Numbered from the stretch's first letter, positions 1 through 10,218 are shown. The stretch: DNA of 64,000 bases from Candidatus Poribacteria bacterium (GCA_965198235.1 OZ240248.1:1728001-1792000); one strand, 5' to 3'. Notes: generated by a model not told the origin, from the letters alone. Numbers and translations: made by a program.

Positions 1-1296
1 GACAAAACTGATAGAAAAGGACTCATCCTCTTTGACTTCCCGGAGCCTCTTGAAGCAAAAGTCGAGGTTAACTTAACAGCGAAACTTATTGATTTGGTTA
101 CCAAATCGATGAGCGATCAACCAGAAGTCGTTGAACTGATTCAGATGTTGGACGGCATCTATGTCCGCACCTACGATAGAGCGACTATTGATGAGAAGAA
201 ATTAGTTAACTATTTCAAGGAAAAGCTCAAAAAGGATGAGTGGGAGGTCCTCGTCAAAATCCAGGAAAATAGTGAAACGGTGGAGATCAATCTACTGTTT
301 GACGAAGAAAAGGTTTACGGGATTTTCGCTATCATCATCCCGAAAAGGTCCGGAGAAGCCACCTTTGTCAACATCGTCGGGGAAATCGCGCCAGAACGCA
401 TTGAGGAATTGCTCGGAAATCTAAGCAATTTCGGGGCAGTAGACATCGATTTTGGCGACAAATTGAAGGGGCAATGGAAAAGAGAGAACACACGAGAGAG
501 AGCGACGGTCATGATTCTCGGTAGTACATTTTTCACAAATCCGGGAATCAATGTATTCAATACAAGAATGGACGATGTCCTCGCGCCCAAACGTCAAAGC
601 GAAATGGAACAACTGTTGAAGCAATTGAAAGCGTTTAATCCCACCAAGATAGCCGTTTATGTAGACGAAAGGGATGATGAGGAGATTAACGCAAGCTATC
701 AAGGCTACTTGGAGGGCACTTATGAACTCACACGGAGCCTGCATGACCAATTCGGCTTTCGGTTAGCCAAACAGATGGGACATCCGAAGCTTTACTGTAT
801 TGCTGATTGGCCAAAACACCGGCCGATATATCATGAAATTGATCAGAGTTTATTAGACTACGCCACGTTTGCGGAGACGCATAATCAGGAGCACCTCTTA
901 TGGAGCATTTCCTCAAGCGGGGTGAAAGTTCGGGCGGACGTAGATGGCACGGTCTGGGTTGAACGTGAAGGATATGAACCACTGATTGACATGTATATAC
1001 GGATTAACAATCCTGAACAGATGTACGCCGACCATCAACCATATCTGCGCACCGCACGCATTGGACTCAAAGACCAATACCCAGGTGCCAATTGGGTTGC
1101 ACATTGGTGGTATGCGCACAATCTCAAGAACTTTGTGAACCTGACGCGAATCACTGAGTCTACTGATGATCGCATTCTGCTAATTATCGGTGCTGGACAC
1201 GTCTATCTGATTCAGCAGTTTTTGGAGGACTCAGGAGATTACATTGTTGAGAGTCCGCTACAATACTTGAATGCAAACGAGGCGAAAACGCCTTAA
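1..1296 (+). CDS. DUF4252-like N-terminal domain fused to DUF5694 (TraB/Tiki/EreA-like) domain; 5' end outside window
   Basis: Frame is open from base 1 (DKTDRKGLILFDFPEPLEAKVEVNL...). N-half has DUF4252-like features (KVEVNL, GIYVRTY, FVNIVGEI). C-half is paralogous to 1353 and 7182 (VMILGS, KIA.E, QFGFRLA, ILLIIGAGH). Confidence 0.75.
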   Translation, partial: DKTDRKGLILFDFPEPLEAKVEVNLTAKLIDLVTKSMSDQPEVVELIQMLDGIYVRTYDRATIDEKKLVNYFKEKLKKDEWEVLVKIQENSETVEINLLFDEEKVYGIFAIIIPKRSGEATFVNIVGEIAPERIEELLGNLSNFGAVDIDFGDKLKGQWKRENTRERATVMILGSTFFTNPGINVFNTRMDDVLAPKRQSEMEQLLKQLKAFNPTKIAVYVDERDDEEINASYQGYLEGTYELTRSLHDQFGFRLAKQMGHPKLYCIADWPKHRPIYHEIDQSLLDYATFAETHNQEHLLWSISSSGVKVRADVDGTVWVEREGYEPLIDMYIRINNPEQMYADHQPYLRTARIGLKDQYPGANWVAHWWYAHNLKNFVNLTRITESTDDRILLIIGAGHVYLIQQFLEDSGDYIVESPLQYLNANEAKTP

Positions 1297-1352
1297 TCTG
1301 TTGTTCCATTTTTTGAGGCAGGGTTAACCCACTACAGATAGGAGAAAGTTTT

Positions 1353-2273
1353 ATGAAAGTCTCAGTGAGATGCAAGTTCTATTTATCAATATTGTTCGCC
1401 GCTGTATTACTTACAGTCGGCACAGCCGAAGGCGATAATCAGACAGACCCACCTACAGGAGATACTACGCAAATGACGAAAAAACCGACGATTATCATCC
1501 TTGGCAGTTCGCACTTAGCAAATCCCGGAGCGGATGTATACAACACAAAAATGGATGATGTCCTCGCGCCCAAACGCCAACGCGAAATCGAAGAGTTGGT
1601 AACGCAACTTAAAGTGTTTCGTCCCACTAAGATAGCCATTGAGCGAGATCCCTCGCGAGACGCTGAGATTAACGCAAACTATCAAGGCTACCTGAAAGGA
1701 ACCTATGAACTCAAGCGAGGCGAAAGTAATCAGATTGGCTTTCGGTTAGCAAAACAGATGGGACATCCAAAGGTGTACTGCGTTGATTATTGGCCGAAGC
1801 AAGACCCGTTTTTTCCAGATGATTTTGATAGGGATTTGATGGACCGCTATAAGTTCGCAGAGACTCATAATCAGGAGCATTTCCTACGTCCTCCGCCTAT
1901 CGAAGGAAAGATCACTCGGGACAAAGATGGCACAACTTGGATTGAACCTGAGAAATATGTATCAATCATTGACATGTACATACGTGATAACGATCCCGAA
2001 AGCAGCCTCGCTGACCACCAGGCATATCTACGCAGCGCGCGTATTGGGTTAGGCGACCAATATCCGGGTGCCAATTGGGTCGCACATAGTTGGTACGCTC
2101 GGAACCTTAAAATCTGTATCAACCTGACACGCATCACCGAATCTGCCGATGACCGGATTCTGCTAATTATCGGTGCCGGGCATGTCTTCCTCGTCCAACA
2201 GTTTCTTGAAGATTCAGGAGATTACATCGTTGAAAGCCCATTGGACTATTTAAGTTCGGAAGAAACACAATGA
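1353..2273 (+). CDS. Secreted DUF5694-family protein (TraB/Tiki/EreA-like fold)
   Basis: Signal peptide; motifs ILGSSH, KIAIERD, QIGFRLA, WYARN, ILLIIGAGH; RBS GGAG upstream. Confidence 0.8.
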   Translation: MKVSVRCKFYLSILFAAVLLTVGTAEGDNQTDPPTGDTTQMTKKPTIIILGSSHLANPGADVYNTKMDDVLAPKRQREIEELVTQLKVFRPTKIAIERDPSRDAEINANYQGYLKGTYELKRGESNQIGFRLAKQMGHPKVYCVDYWPKQDPFFPDDFDRDLMDRYKFAETHNQEHFLRPPPIEGKITRDKDGTTWIEPEKYVSIIDMYIRDNDPESSLADHQAYLRSARIGLGDQYPGANWVAHSWYARNLKICINLTRITESADDRILLIIGAGHVFLVQQFLEDSGDYIVESPLDYLSSEETQ

Positions 2274-2328
2274 GGTAGAAGACTAAAACGCCTTCTCTAT
2301 GCTCAATCACGATTATTATTATCCTAAC

Positions 2329-2630
2329 GTGAGTTCGATAATAAAATGCAAGTGTGGTTTCCGTAGGTTGGGTAGAGCGGTGGAACTCCAGAACCATCTT
2401 ATTTATTCGGAGAATGCCGCTTTTCAATAACCCCTTCGCATAGATAGATATAGCGAAACCCAACAACCCAAACGTTATCGGTGTAAGAATGTGTTGGGTT
2501 TCACTCGTATTTTAGTGGTTTCAGGTTTATTGATGAACTTGAAGACTATCTTCTGTGTGCGATTTTTAGTAGGTTCTCGTTCAACCCAACCTACATAATG
2601 AACCCATTTCTTGCTTATATCGAATTCACG
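2329..2630. mobile_element. MITE/REPIN-like element with nested GTAGGTTGGG...CCCAACCTAC REP doublet
   Basis: Inverted ends gtgagttcgata / tatcgaattcac; flanking near-direct repeats ttatcctaac / ttatcgtaac; internal REP arms at 2363, 2453, 2493 and 2578-2594. Confidence 0.65.
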
Positions 2631-2732
2631 TTATCGTAACAAACTGCTCAAAGCGTTGCTCACTTAGCAGGTATTGGGAATGACTCACGTCTACGCGAAA
2701 ATCTCAATTTTACATGAGGTCAACAGAAAACC

Positions 2733-4499
2733 ATGTGGGACAAAGTAACATTAACCCGACCTTCATTTCGGGATCTACTCTGGTTGTTCGCACAGGTGTT
2801 GAAAGCATCGCCTTTTATCGCCGCTGTGTGGATAATCCTTGTACTCATCAATGCTGGTGCTGGTGCAGCCCAGTTGCTCGTGCTCCGAGAAACCGTTAAC
2901 ACCCTCGTCGATGCAGACCTCATAAGCAGTGCTGTTCCATGGTTGGCTGCGCTCTGCCTTCTCTTTTTCGTGGAACAAGCGATCTTAACACTCCTCCCTC
3001 TTTTGCGCGAACAACTCCGCATTAGAGCCGGTTTCGCTTTGCAGCGTGATGCCTTGCAAAAGACAGGCAAACTGCCACTGGAAGCATTTGATGAAGAGGA
3101 ATCGCACAACCTCATCAATCGCGTCGTTACCGGAGGAGATTCGAGCGTTGTCCAATTGATGCAAAATGGCTTAAACTTTATTGAATACATCCCTCCCCTA
3201 CTCACCAGTGCCGTTGTTTTAGGACTGATTTCAATTTGGATTCCCCTGATCATCATCGGCGGCGCAATATTAGTGCGAGTTTTTGAAATTCGGATGGGTG
3301 CCCGAGTGCGCCACTTTGAGGTGGAAAATACACGCAACAAACGACTTGCCGATTACTACGTCCAACTGCTAACAGAACGACGCAGTGCCGCCGAAATCCG
3401 TTTATGGTCCATCGGCGAAACCCTTCTCCAACGCTGGCGGACGATCCTTGCCCAATATCTTCGGGAACGCCTGCATATCTCATTTCAAAATGCCTACCAA
3501 GGTATTTTCCAAGTGTTTATTTTCGTAGCCATCATCGCTGGGGCACTGCTCGTTACCTCGCTTTCACAGGGAAGGGTCGAAGCCGGACTCGCCGCTTTGG
3601 TGTTAGAGGCACTCCGGAATATCACTGCAGGTATGAACTCCATGCAGTATTTCGTCATCGGTTTTGTCCAACACGCCGGCTACGGAGAAGACCTTCGCCG
3701 TCTGTTAGGAAAGAAACAGGATGAAGACGCTTCCGAAACACGGACACCTTATCCGCACCCGATACGTGAGGGTATCCGTTTGCATGATGTCGCGTATCGT
3801 TACCCGGGTTCAGACACAGACGCACTCTCCGATGTTAACGTTCACATTCATCCGGGCGAAATTCTCGCTGTCGTCGGTGAAAACGGCGCAGGGAAAACGA
3901 CTTTAGCGCACATCTTAGCAGGCTTGCGTTCCCCGACAGCAGGACACGTCACAATAGACGGTATTGATACTGCCACAATCTCATCCGAAGACCTCCGGCG
4001 TGCTTGCACCGTCGTGTTTCAGCATCCCGCACGCTATCCGACGACCCTACGCGAGAACCTGGCTTTGGACAGTACTGATCCCTCCGATGCACATGTTGCA
4101 GAGATCTTAACCCAAGTCGGATTGCCATCAGAAAGGTTCCCGCTAAATACGTTTTTAGGTCCCGAATTCGGGGGTGTAGATTTCTCCGGTGGTGAATGGC
4201 AACGCGTTGCTATTGCTCGTAGTCTGATAAAAGAAGCGGGCGAATTTGTCATTTTTGACGAACCCACGGCAGCTCTGGATCCTCTCGCTGAGTTGGAAAT
4301 TTTTCAGCAGTTTGTCGAATTGGTAGACGGTAAGACTGCCCTGCTCATCGCTCATCGACTCGGACCCACACGGCTTGCCGATCGCGTGGTTGTTTTGGAC
4401 AGTGGATGCATTGTAGAAATCGGGAATCCCACTGAACTCCTACAGCAAAATGGAAAATACGCTGAAATGTTCGCAGCACAAAGTGAGTGGTACCAATGA
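2733..4499 (+). CDS. ABC exporter, fused TMD-NBD half-transporter
   Basis: About 6 TM segments; Walker A GENGAGKT, signature FSGGEWQR, Walker B IFDEPT. Confidence 0.92.
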   Translation: MWDKVTLTRPSFRDLLWLFAQVLKASPFIAAVWIILVLINAGAGAAQLLVLRETVNTLVDADLISSAVPWLAALCLLFFVEQAILTLLPLLREQLRIRAGFALQRDALQKTGKLPLEAFDEEESHNLINRVVTGGDSSVVQLMQNGLNFIEYIPPLLTSAVVLGLISIWIPLIIIGGAILVRVFEIRMGARVRHFEVENTRNKRLADYYVQLLTERRSAAEIRLWSIGETLLQRWRTILAQYLRERLHISFQNAYQGIFQVFIFVAIIAGALLVTSLSQGRVEAGLAALVLEALRNITAGMNSMQYFVIGFVQHAGYGEDLRRLLGKKQDEDASETRTPYPHPIREGIRLHDVAYRYPGSDTDALSDVNVHIHPGEILAVVGENGAGKTTLAHILAGLRSPTAGHVTIDGIDTATISSEDLRRACTVVFQHPARYPTTLRENLALDSTDPSDAHVAEILTQVGLPSERFPLNTFLGPEFGGVDFSGGEWQRVAIARSLIKEAGEFVIFDEPTAALDPLAELEIFQQFVELVDGKTALLIAHRLGPTRLADRVVVLDSGCIVEIGNPTELLQQNGKYAEMFAAQSEWYQ

Positions 4500-6274
4500 G
4501 AAACACAAACACATTACCGAGACGCGCAGTTCTTCGCTTAATTTGGCAATTTATACGGATCGCACCATTCCCCCTTTCTGTTACCCTTCTGCTTCGTTTA
4601 ATAAACGCGGGAAATCGCGGTTTTTCGCCGGTTATCATCGCCGGATTTACAAACGCGTTAATAAATGCTGAAGGACTCCTTTTATGGATGGGGCTTTATC
4701 TCGTGCTAATGACCTTGGAGATATTAACAGATGTTTTCAACGGTGTAACACAGACGTGGTTCTCCGATAAGGCTGTGCTCCATTTCCAGCAAGACCTTCT
4801 GCGTCAAGCTGGACAAACACCGCTGCTCCATTTTTTGGATGCTGACTTTCACGATAACCTTAGCCGAGCAACGCAAGGTTTCAGTGATCGCGTTGTCAGT
4901 TGGTTTCGGAGTATTCTGGACAATATCCATAGCGTCGCGAGCGTGTGTGGACTGTTGGGCGCAGTCTTTATTATAAGTAGTGATATATGGTGTATGATCG
5001 CTCTGTTCGTCAGTTCTTCCATCATTCTCTTCACAAGGAAACCTATTGCAAGGCTTGAACTTGAGCGTGACCGGGCGGCGGCACGTCCCAACCGAACACA
5101 GGCAGCGTGGGCAACTCGACTCTACGAACGTGTCAACAGTCCAGAGGTCCGCCTCTTTACACTGCAACGCTGGTTACTTTCAAAATGGGAAGACGCGTAT
5201 CATCAGCTCGCTACGGTGGAAATAGGATCACTCAAAAGGAGAACCGCTTGGAACGCACTCGCCAACCTCAGTTCTGTCTTCGGATATTGTGTGATTGTTT
5301 TCGTCGCAGCCCGAACCGCGCATAACAGTGATCCTGAAAAAATAGCAGGTATCTTCACAGGTTTAATTGCTGCCGCCGCTGGATTACAAGGATTTCTCTC
5401 ATATATGGCACACTCTATGGGGAATCTCGCCGAACAGAGCGGTGTCTTACGCGACCTCGCGACGCTGTTCACAACACAATCCACCCAAGAGAACAGTACT
5501 GCTAATGCGACAGAGGCGCATCAGGACGGTCCCTCACCCGCCTCAGAAGCGGATGAGATGACAGTTTCAATGAACGATCTCTCATTCCAATATCCGAGCG
5601 CGACGACGCAGACCCTCAAGGAAATTACCGCAAAAATCGAACCTGGCGAAATCGTTGCCCTCGTCGGGAAAAATGGTGCTGGAAAGACAACACTCGCAAA
5701 TATATTACTCGGTTTATACGCCCCAGATAGTGGAACACTCACGTTTTCACAGAGCGACACGACTTCTGAAAAACCCACAGCAAGCGCTGTCTTTCAAGAT
5801 TTCACGAAGTTCCTACTGCCCGTCAGAGACAACGTTGGCTTTGCTGACCTGAATCGCATGCAAGACGACAACCGTATGCAGCACACACTCGACAGAGCAG
5901 GTTCCACTTTCGCACAAGAACTTGATACCTGGCTCGGACACGAATTCGGCGGACGCGATGTGTCCGGTGGAGAATGGCTGCGCCTCGCCGTTGCGCGTGG
6001 ACTTTTCCGGCAGAGTCAATTCGTCGTGTTTGATGAACCGACTGCCGCTATCGACCCGGTCGCCGAAGTTGAAATGATCCGGGAGCTACTCACCAAAGAC
6101 GAATCGCGTACCACCCTTGTTATCTCGCATCGACTTGGGGTCGCCCGCCTCTGTGACAGAATTCTCGTTTTAGATGACGGACAACTCGTTGAAGACGGCA
6201 CACACGAAGAATTACTGACGATGGATGGATTATACGCCGAAATGTGGAACGCCCAAGCGTCATGGTACGCTTAA
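4496..6274 (+). CDS. ABC exporter, fused TMD-NBD half-transporter (probable heterodimer partner)
   Basis: ATGA overlap with upstream stop; GKNGAGKT, VSGGEWLR, VFDEPT. Confidence 0.92.
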   Translation: MRNTNTLPRRAVLRLIWQFIRIAPFPLSVTLLLRLINAGNRGFSPVIIAGFTNALINAEGLLLWMGLYLVLMTLEILTDVFNGVTQTWFSDKAVLHFQQDLLRQAGQTPLLHFLDADFHDNLSRATQGFSDRVVSWFRSILDNIHSVASVCGLLGAVFIISSDIWCMIALFVSSSIILFTRKPIARLELERDRAAARPNRTQAAWATRLYERVNSPEVRLFTLQRWLLSKWEDAYHQLATVEIGSLKRRTAWNALANLSSVFGYCVIVFVAARTAHNSDPEKIAGIFTGLIAAAAGLQGFLSYMAHSMGNLAEQSGVLRDLATLFTTQSTQENSTANATEAHQDGPSPASEADEMTVSMNDLSFQYPSATTQTLKEITAKIEPGEIVALVGKNGAGKTTLANILLGLYAPDSGTLTFSQSDTTSEKPTASAVFQDFTKFLLPVRDNVGFADLNRMQDDNRMQHTLDRAGSTFAQELDTWLGHEFGGRDVSGGEWLRLAVARGLFRQSQFVVFDEPTAAIDPVAEVEMIRELLTKDESRTTLVISHRLGVARLCDRILVLDDGQLVEDGTHEELLTMDGLYAEMWNAQASWYA

Positions 6275-6369
6275 ACACAGAAATTCAATAGCATTTTACC
6301 AATCCGAGCAATCCCCAAAACCGCATCCACAACCCCTACCACAAACCTCTCCGCTTCAACAGAAAAAAG

Positions 6370-6397
6370 TACAACTTTCTTCTGCCCGTTTGTAGTA
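6370..6397 (+). promoter_or_regulatory. ECF-type promoter motif with no adjacent downstream gene
   Basis: TACAAC-15 nt-TGTAGTA; shares cgtttgtagta with the copy at 6945. Confidence 0.45.
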
Positions 6398-6448
6398 CTA
6401 ACCACACACCCCCGATAAGGGGTTAGGGGTTGAGTACTGTTTAAGGGT

Positions 6449-6755
6449 TCCCATAGGTATCAATTTAGGATTCCCCGTAGGTTGGGTTGAACGCATCTGT
6501 GAGGTCTGGTGCAAGGGGCTCAAATATAGGTCAAATCCAAGGTAGCCTCATAGACACCCAAGAGTCGAGTGAAACCCAACTTCATATAAACATAGGGTGC
6601 GTCTTGAAGTGTTGGGTTTCGCTGTGGCGTTAGTATGTTTACGCGTCTTGGAAAATCCGATTTTTTTGTAGCATGGGCACTTTGTTCTTATACTTCGCTC
6701 AACCCAACCTACGATGCTGCGATGCAGTTTTTTCTAAAATTGACGGCTATGGGTC
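6449..6755. mobile_element. MITE-like element with ~21-bp imperfect TIRs, 12-bp flanking direct repeat and internal REP doublet
   Basis: ctgtttaagggt at 6437-6448 and 6756-6767; ends cccataggtatcaatttagga / tctaaaattgacggctatggg; GTAGGTTGGGTTGAACG at 6477 and CGCTCAACCCAACCTAC at 6696-6712. Confidence 0.75.
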
Positions 6756-6944
6756 CTGTTTAAGGGTGCCCAAGTGATTCTAAAATCTACCATAGTTTGT
6801 GCCTCTGAGAACGCAAACTCTCACTGCGAGGCAGGTTTATGCTAAGAAAAGGCTCCCGATCCGAGACCCTTTTCAATGAAAAACCGGGCTTGATATCTAA
6901 AGTTTTGAAAATAGCAACTCGGGTTATATTAAGTTGGAAAAAGG

Positions 6945-6973
6945 TGCAACTATTTTGGAACTCGTTTGTAGTA
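6945..6973 (+). promoter_or_regulatory. ECF-type promoter upstream of sigma remnant and DUF5694 gene
   Basis: TGCAAC-16 nt-TGTAGTA with T-rich spacer start. Confidence 0.55.
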
Positions 6974-7040
6974 ACGATAACCTCACTTTTTAACAGCAAG
7001 TTTTGGCTTGCAAGCTGCGCCAAAAGAGCGAAGATGCAAT

Positions 7041-7148
7041 ATGACAGAAGATCAATTTCTTGAGTTTGTCCATCAACACGAAGCTTAGGTTTATCAGTAC
7101 ATCTTCTATCTACTCGGAAATCGGGAAGATGCGAAGGATATAACCCAA
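7041..7148 (+). pseudogene. ECF sigma factor N-terminal (region 2) remnant
   Basis: Translates MTEDQFLEFVHQHEA*VYQYIFYLLGNREDAKDITQ; TAG at 7086-7088; truncated after the D..Q motif. Confidence 0.75.
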
Positions 7149-7181
7149 TCAACCACACGACAGAAAATAGGAGAAAGTGTT

Positions 7182-8144
7182 ATGCAACGCTTATTCAAAT
7201 GCCAGTTCTATTTGATAATGTTATTCGCCGCTGTGCTATTTATGATAGGCGCAGCCATAAGTGATGATCACACAGATGTATCTACACAGGAGATTCAGCA
7301 AATGCCCCAAAAACCGACGGTCATGATCCTCGGCAGTACGCACTTGGCGAATGATGGATTGGATGTTTATAATACGAAAATGGATGATGTCCGCGCTCCG
7401 AAACGCCAACGCGAGATCGAACAGTTGGTTGAACAACTCAAGGAATTTAAACCTACCAAGATAGCTCTTGAACGGGATGAAAAAACGCATGGTGCTGGAA
7501 CGCAAACAGAGTATCAAGGCTACCTGAAAGGAACCTATGAACTCAAGCGAAACGAACATGACCAGATTGGCTTCCGATTGGCAAAGCAGATGGGACATCC
7601 GAAGCTCTACTGCGTTGATTACCGAATTGATTACCGAAAAGATGACCCCATCATTCCTTTTGATGACTTTGATTTGACTTTGATAGACTACATTGGGTTC
7701 GCAAAAACACACAATCAGGAACACCTTCTGCCTCCGCCACCTACTGAAGGGAAACTGACTCAAGGTGAAAAGGGCGTAACTTGGATTGAACCTGAGAAAT
7801 ACGTACCAATCATTGACATGTACATACGAGGGAACGACTCCGAAGGCATACGCATGGATCATCAACAATATATACGGTGGATCGCGCGTGTCGGGCTCGG
7901 CGACCAATACCCGGGGGCGAATTGGGTTGCCCATAGTTGGTATGCCCGAAATCTCAAGATTTTTGTGAACCTGACGCGGATCACCGAATCTGCCGATGAC
8001 AGGATTCTGTTGATTATCGGTGCTGGGCATGTTTTCCTCGTTCAGCAGTTTCTTGAGGATTCGGGAGATTATATCGTTGAAAGTCCGCTAAAATACTTGA
8101 ATGCGGACACTGCAGAGAAATCTACATCCGAGGAGACCGATTGA
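7182..8144 (+). CDS. Secreted DUF5694-family protein
   Basis: Close paralog of 1353..2273, including the same upstream ataggagaaagt RBS context. Confidence 0.8.
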   Translation: MQRLFKCQFYLIMLFAAVLFMIGAAISDDHTDVSTQEIQQMPQKPTVMILGSTHLANDGLDVYNTKMDDVRAPKRQREIEQLVEQLKEFKPTKIALERDEKTHGAGTQTEYQGYLKGTYELKRNEHDQIGFRLAKQMGHPKLYCVDYRIDYRKDDPIIPFDDFDLTLIDYIGFAKTHNQEHLLPPPPTEGKLTQGEKGVTWIEPEKYVPIIDMYIRGNDSEGIRMDHQQYIRWIARVGLGDQYPGANWVAHSWYARNLKIFVNLTRITESADDRILLIIGAGHVFLVQQFLEDSGDYIVESPLKYLNADTAEKSTSEETD

Positions 8145-8172
8145 GGGTATCATTTGTGGAACCCGCTCCTTT

Positions 8173-8218
8173 GCTGGTATGGGGTGTTGCTGGATAAGCC
8201 ATGCAACCCCACACCAGC
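8173..8218. repeat. Long imperfect hairpin (REP-like or terminator)
   Basis: gctggtatggggtgttgc ... gcaaccccacaccagc directly after the stop codon. Confidence 0.5.
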
Positions 8219-8391
8219 GATAGTTGGATAAAATTACTTGTCGAAAAAACAGGCTTCTCGTTTCATAGACGATGGCATCCCAGCGAATACGCGCATGGTA
8301 TTCGCAAAGACCCTCTTCACGAAAGGCGCAAGCCTCCCTAAACTAAAAAACGTGAGTTCGGCGTAAGACCTCTATTGATTTAAAAAATTAG

Positions 8392-8419
8392 TGCAACCTT
8401 TTCGCGCTTAAATTGTATC
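8392..8419 (+). promoter_or_regulatory. ECF-type promoter upstream of MacB-like permease
   Basis: TGCAAC-16 nt-TGTATC. Confidence 0.5.
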
Positions 8420-8560
8420 TATAATAGTTGAGAAGAAAGAACACTTTTTTACGTCAGACTTAAGTCTCTGATATTGAACCTACATCCTTGAATACACAAC
8501 AGCTAAAAAATCTAATCGGGAATCGGGAAACACAGATTTCACTATAATTTGGAGGATAAA

Positions 8561-9865
8561 ATGCGCATAGTCGAGGCGGTATCCGTCGGAATATCTGCGA
8601 TTCATAGCAACAAAATGCGTTCGTTGTTAACGATGCTCGGCATTATCATCGGCGTCGCTTCAGTATTAGCGATGATAGCGATTGGTGATGGTGCCAAGGA
8701 GATTGTCCGGCAAGATGTACAGAAGTTAGGTGGGGCAAATCAGTTCTTTGTGCTCCGGTCTCGGCACAAGCGCGTAAACAACCGGCTGGTCCGTATTCGA
8801 CACAATGAATACCTGAAATATGGTGATGTGTTAGCAATTGAGGCAGAATGTCCATCCGTTAGTGCAGCCACACCGCAAATGTGGAACTGGGGAGGCGTGC
8901 TCATCCAAGCTTCAGGCGGCACGGAAACCCGTGCAGGTTGGAACGGTGTAGATGCTAACTATACAACCATAATGGACTGGAACGTTAAAGAGGGACGTTT
9001 TATTACAGATGAAGACGTTAGAAACGCATCAAGAGTTTGTGTGCTTGGAGACGAGGTCGCAACCGCCTTGTTCGGTGATAAATCCCCATTGGGACAAGAA
9101 ATTAAAATCGCACGAGACAGCGACTATCACAACCGGTTTGGCGTAAAAAAAGACGGAAGGCGATACACGGAGCGCTTCACGGTTGTTGGAACATTTGTGC
9201 CGAGAGGGACAAATCTCCGGTTCGGTGTCAGTTTTGACAGCCTTGCCTTTATCCCTATATCAACCAGCCAAAAACGCTTCATTGGCACCGATGAAATTCA
9301 GAATATCACGGTCCATGCACATAACGTCAAGGATGTTCCTAAGGCGGTTGAAGAGGTAAAATCTATTCTCCGAAAACGGCATAGAAATCAAGACGACTTC
9401 ATCTACATCTTTGAGATGCATAAAGGTATGGCGCAGTTAGATAAAATCAGCAGAATCATAAAAATCACCTTAGGTAGCATCGCCGGTTTCTCGTTGTTCG
9501 TCGGCGGGATCGGGATTATGAACATGATGTTAGTTGCTGTTACCGAACGCACTCGCGAAATTGGACTGCGGAAGGCACTCGGTGCCAAACGATTGGATAT
9601 TCTACTACAATTTCTAATAGAGTCAGTGATCATGTGTGGTGTAGGCGGCACAATCGGCGTTGGGTTGGGCATTCTCGCTGGTGAAGGGATGGCGATGCTC
9701 GCCGTCAAAATCGTCAAAATTGTTCCCGAATGGCCCGCTGTTATCTCCATGCAGTGGGTATTGATCTCGGTATCGGTCTCGGCGATAATCGGCATCTCCT
9801 TTGGCTTGTATCCTGCGCTAAAGGCATCATCGCTTTCCCCTATTGAAGCCCTTCGCAAAGATTAG
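8561..9865 (+). CDS. MacB/FtsX-family ABC permease
   Basis: RSLLTMLGIIIGV, periplasmic domain, GGIGIMNMMLVAVTERTREIGLRKALGA, C-terminal PALKASSLSPIEALR; GGAGG RBS. Confidence 0.92.
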   Translation: MRIVEAVSVGISAIHSNKMRSLLTMLGIIIGVASVLAMIAIGDGAKEIVRQDVQKLGGANQFFVLRSRHKRVNNRLVRIRHNEYLKYGDVLAIEAECPSVSAATPQMWNWGGVLIQASGGTETRAGWNGVDANYTTIMDWNVKEGRFITDEDVRNASRVCVLGDEVATALFGDKSPLGQEIKIARDSDYHNRFGVKKDGRRYTERFTVVGTFVPRGTNLRFGVSFDSLAFIPISTSQKRFIGTDEIQNITVHAHNVKDVPKAVEEVKSILRKRHRNQDDFIYIFEMHKGMAQLDKISRIIKITLGSIAGFSLFVGGIGIMNMMLVAVTERTREIGLRKALGAKRLDILLQFLIESVIMCGVGGTIGVGLGILAGEGMAMLAVKIVKIVPEWPAVISMQWVLISVSVSAIIGISFGLYPALKASSLSPIEALRKD

Positions 9866-9896
9866 AATTTGGGACAAGAAAAATATTTAAACCCCC

Positions 9897-9967
9897 ATCA
9901 GCGGTCAGCGGTCAGTAAAGAGACTTTTGTTAAACGATACCCTCTTAACCGACTGCTGACTGCTACT
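9897..9967. repeat. Short heptamer-repeat inverted element (TCAGCGG-type)
   Basis: tcagcggtcagcggtcag ... ccgactgctgactgct; related heptamers near 13335, 30348, 33683, 48185 and 52965. Confidence 0.5.
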
Positions 9968-10190
9968 CCTTAGAAAATTGCGTAGGTCCTATCTAATTGA
10001 GAACCCTCTATACCCAAACAGCACCTATGACAGAATAGAATGAAGCTTAAAGAGGACCGCGCAAAACGGCGTAAGATTGTTTGGATTGAATAAAGAACGG
10101 AACCCGGTTAAAATACTGCGTAGTTGGAAAATGAGGAATATTGTTGACTTTCCTTTCAAAAGCGACTTTTTCGCTTCTTTTGCAGAATTA

Positions 10191-10218
10191 TGCACCCTTT
10201 TTTTCTTAGTTCGCGTCA
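10191..10218 (+). promoter_or_regulatory. ECF-type (probably autoregulatory) promoter
   Basis: TGCACC-17 nt-CGTCA, about 115 nt upstream of the sigma gene. Confidence 0.55.

Noticed and set aside
7086-7088. Pyrrolysine or readthrough creating a sigma-DUF5694 fusion
   Set aside because: The sigma part is truncated anyway, and the DUF5694 gene has its own RBS and signal peptide.
7236-8030. Long antisense ORFs (also 2720..3340, 10474..11079, 14901..15524, 53581..54243, 56762..57505, 63197..63845)
   Set aside because: Shadows of well-supported genes on the opposite strand, with no recognisable motifs.
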